DNA of 64,000 bases from the NCBI GenBank assembly GCA_951406725.2, contig OX597822.1, positions 69,998,001 to 70,062,000 of the forward strand. The letters are read 5' to 3'. How positions within the stretch are numbered: the first letter of the stretch is position 1; every line of letters begins with the position of its first letter. Position numbers and translations under genes: made by a program. The stretch comes from Octopus vulgaris. Lineage: Eukaryota. The notes under the pieces were generated by a model. The model ran no database searches and had not been told where the DNA came from. It was given only the letters and a program-made list of their open reading frames with translations. This document shows, one piece after another, positions 63,926 to 64,000 of this stretch.

Positions 63926-64000
63926 CCCTAGTATATTACTGGTACTTCATAGAAGAAAGAAAAGCCAAATGAATTTCAGAAGCAAAAATACAAAACATTA

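Overview
AT-rich, repeat-saturated animal genomic DNA. The SINE families and heavy (TA)n/(CA)n/(TAA)n/(CATA)n microsatellite load point to a coleoid cephalopod, probably Octopus (inference). I see no intact host gene: almost all ORF-track entries are microsatellite translations, and only one weak candidate host exon was found (52874-53049). The window is a mosaic of decayed mobile elements: at least three tRNA-derived SINE families, LINE fragments (CR1, RTE, Tx1/L1-like, R4/Dong-type restriction-like-endonuclease LINEs), Tc1/mariner, hAT and piggyBac-type MITEs, and non-autonomous Helitrons. The main hidden signal is a set of short insertions, mostly inside (TA)n tracts and often foldbacks, that carry type I hammerhead ribozyme motifs with a short palindromic helix III, the type known from Penelope-like elements (PLEs). 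One motif is textbook-perfect on both strands (42489-42534 +, 42387-42432 -). Others are variants or relics (near 10.4, 35.5, 36.8, 39.6, 44.2, 47.3, 53.5 and 53.8 kb). A decayed PLE GIY-YIG endonuclease fragment lies at 45.1-45.4 kb. A tRNA-headed SINE at 47.3-47.7 kb has a hammerhead-type tail and a PLE-style inverted end, suggesting a SINE mobilised by PLE machinery. All structures were read by eye; nothing was computed or searched.
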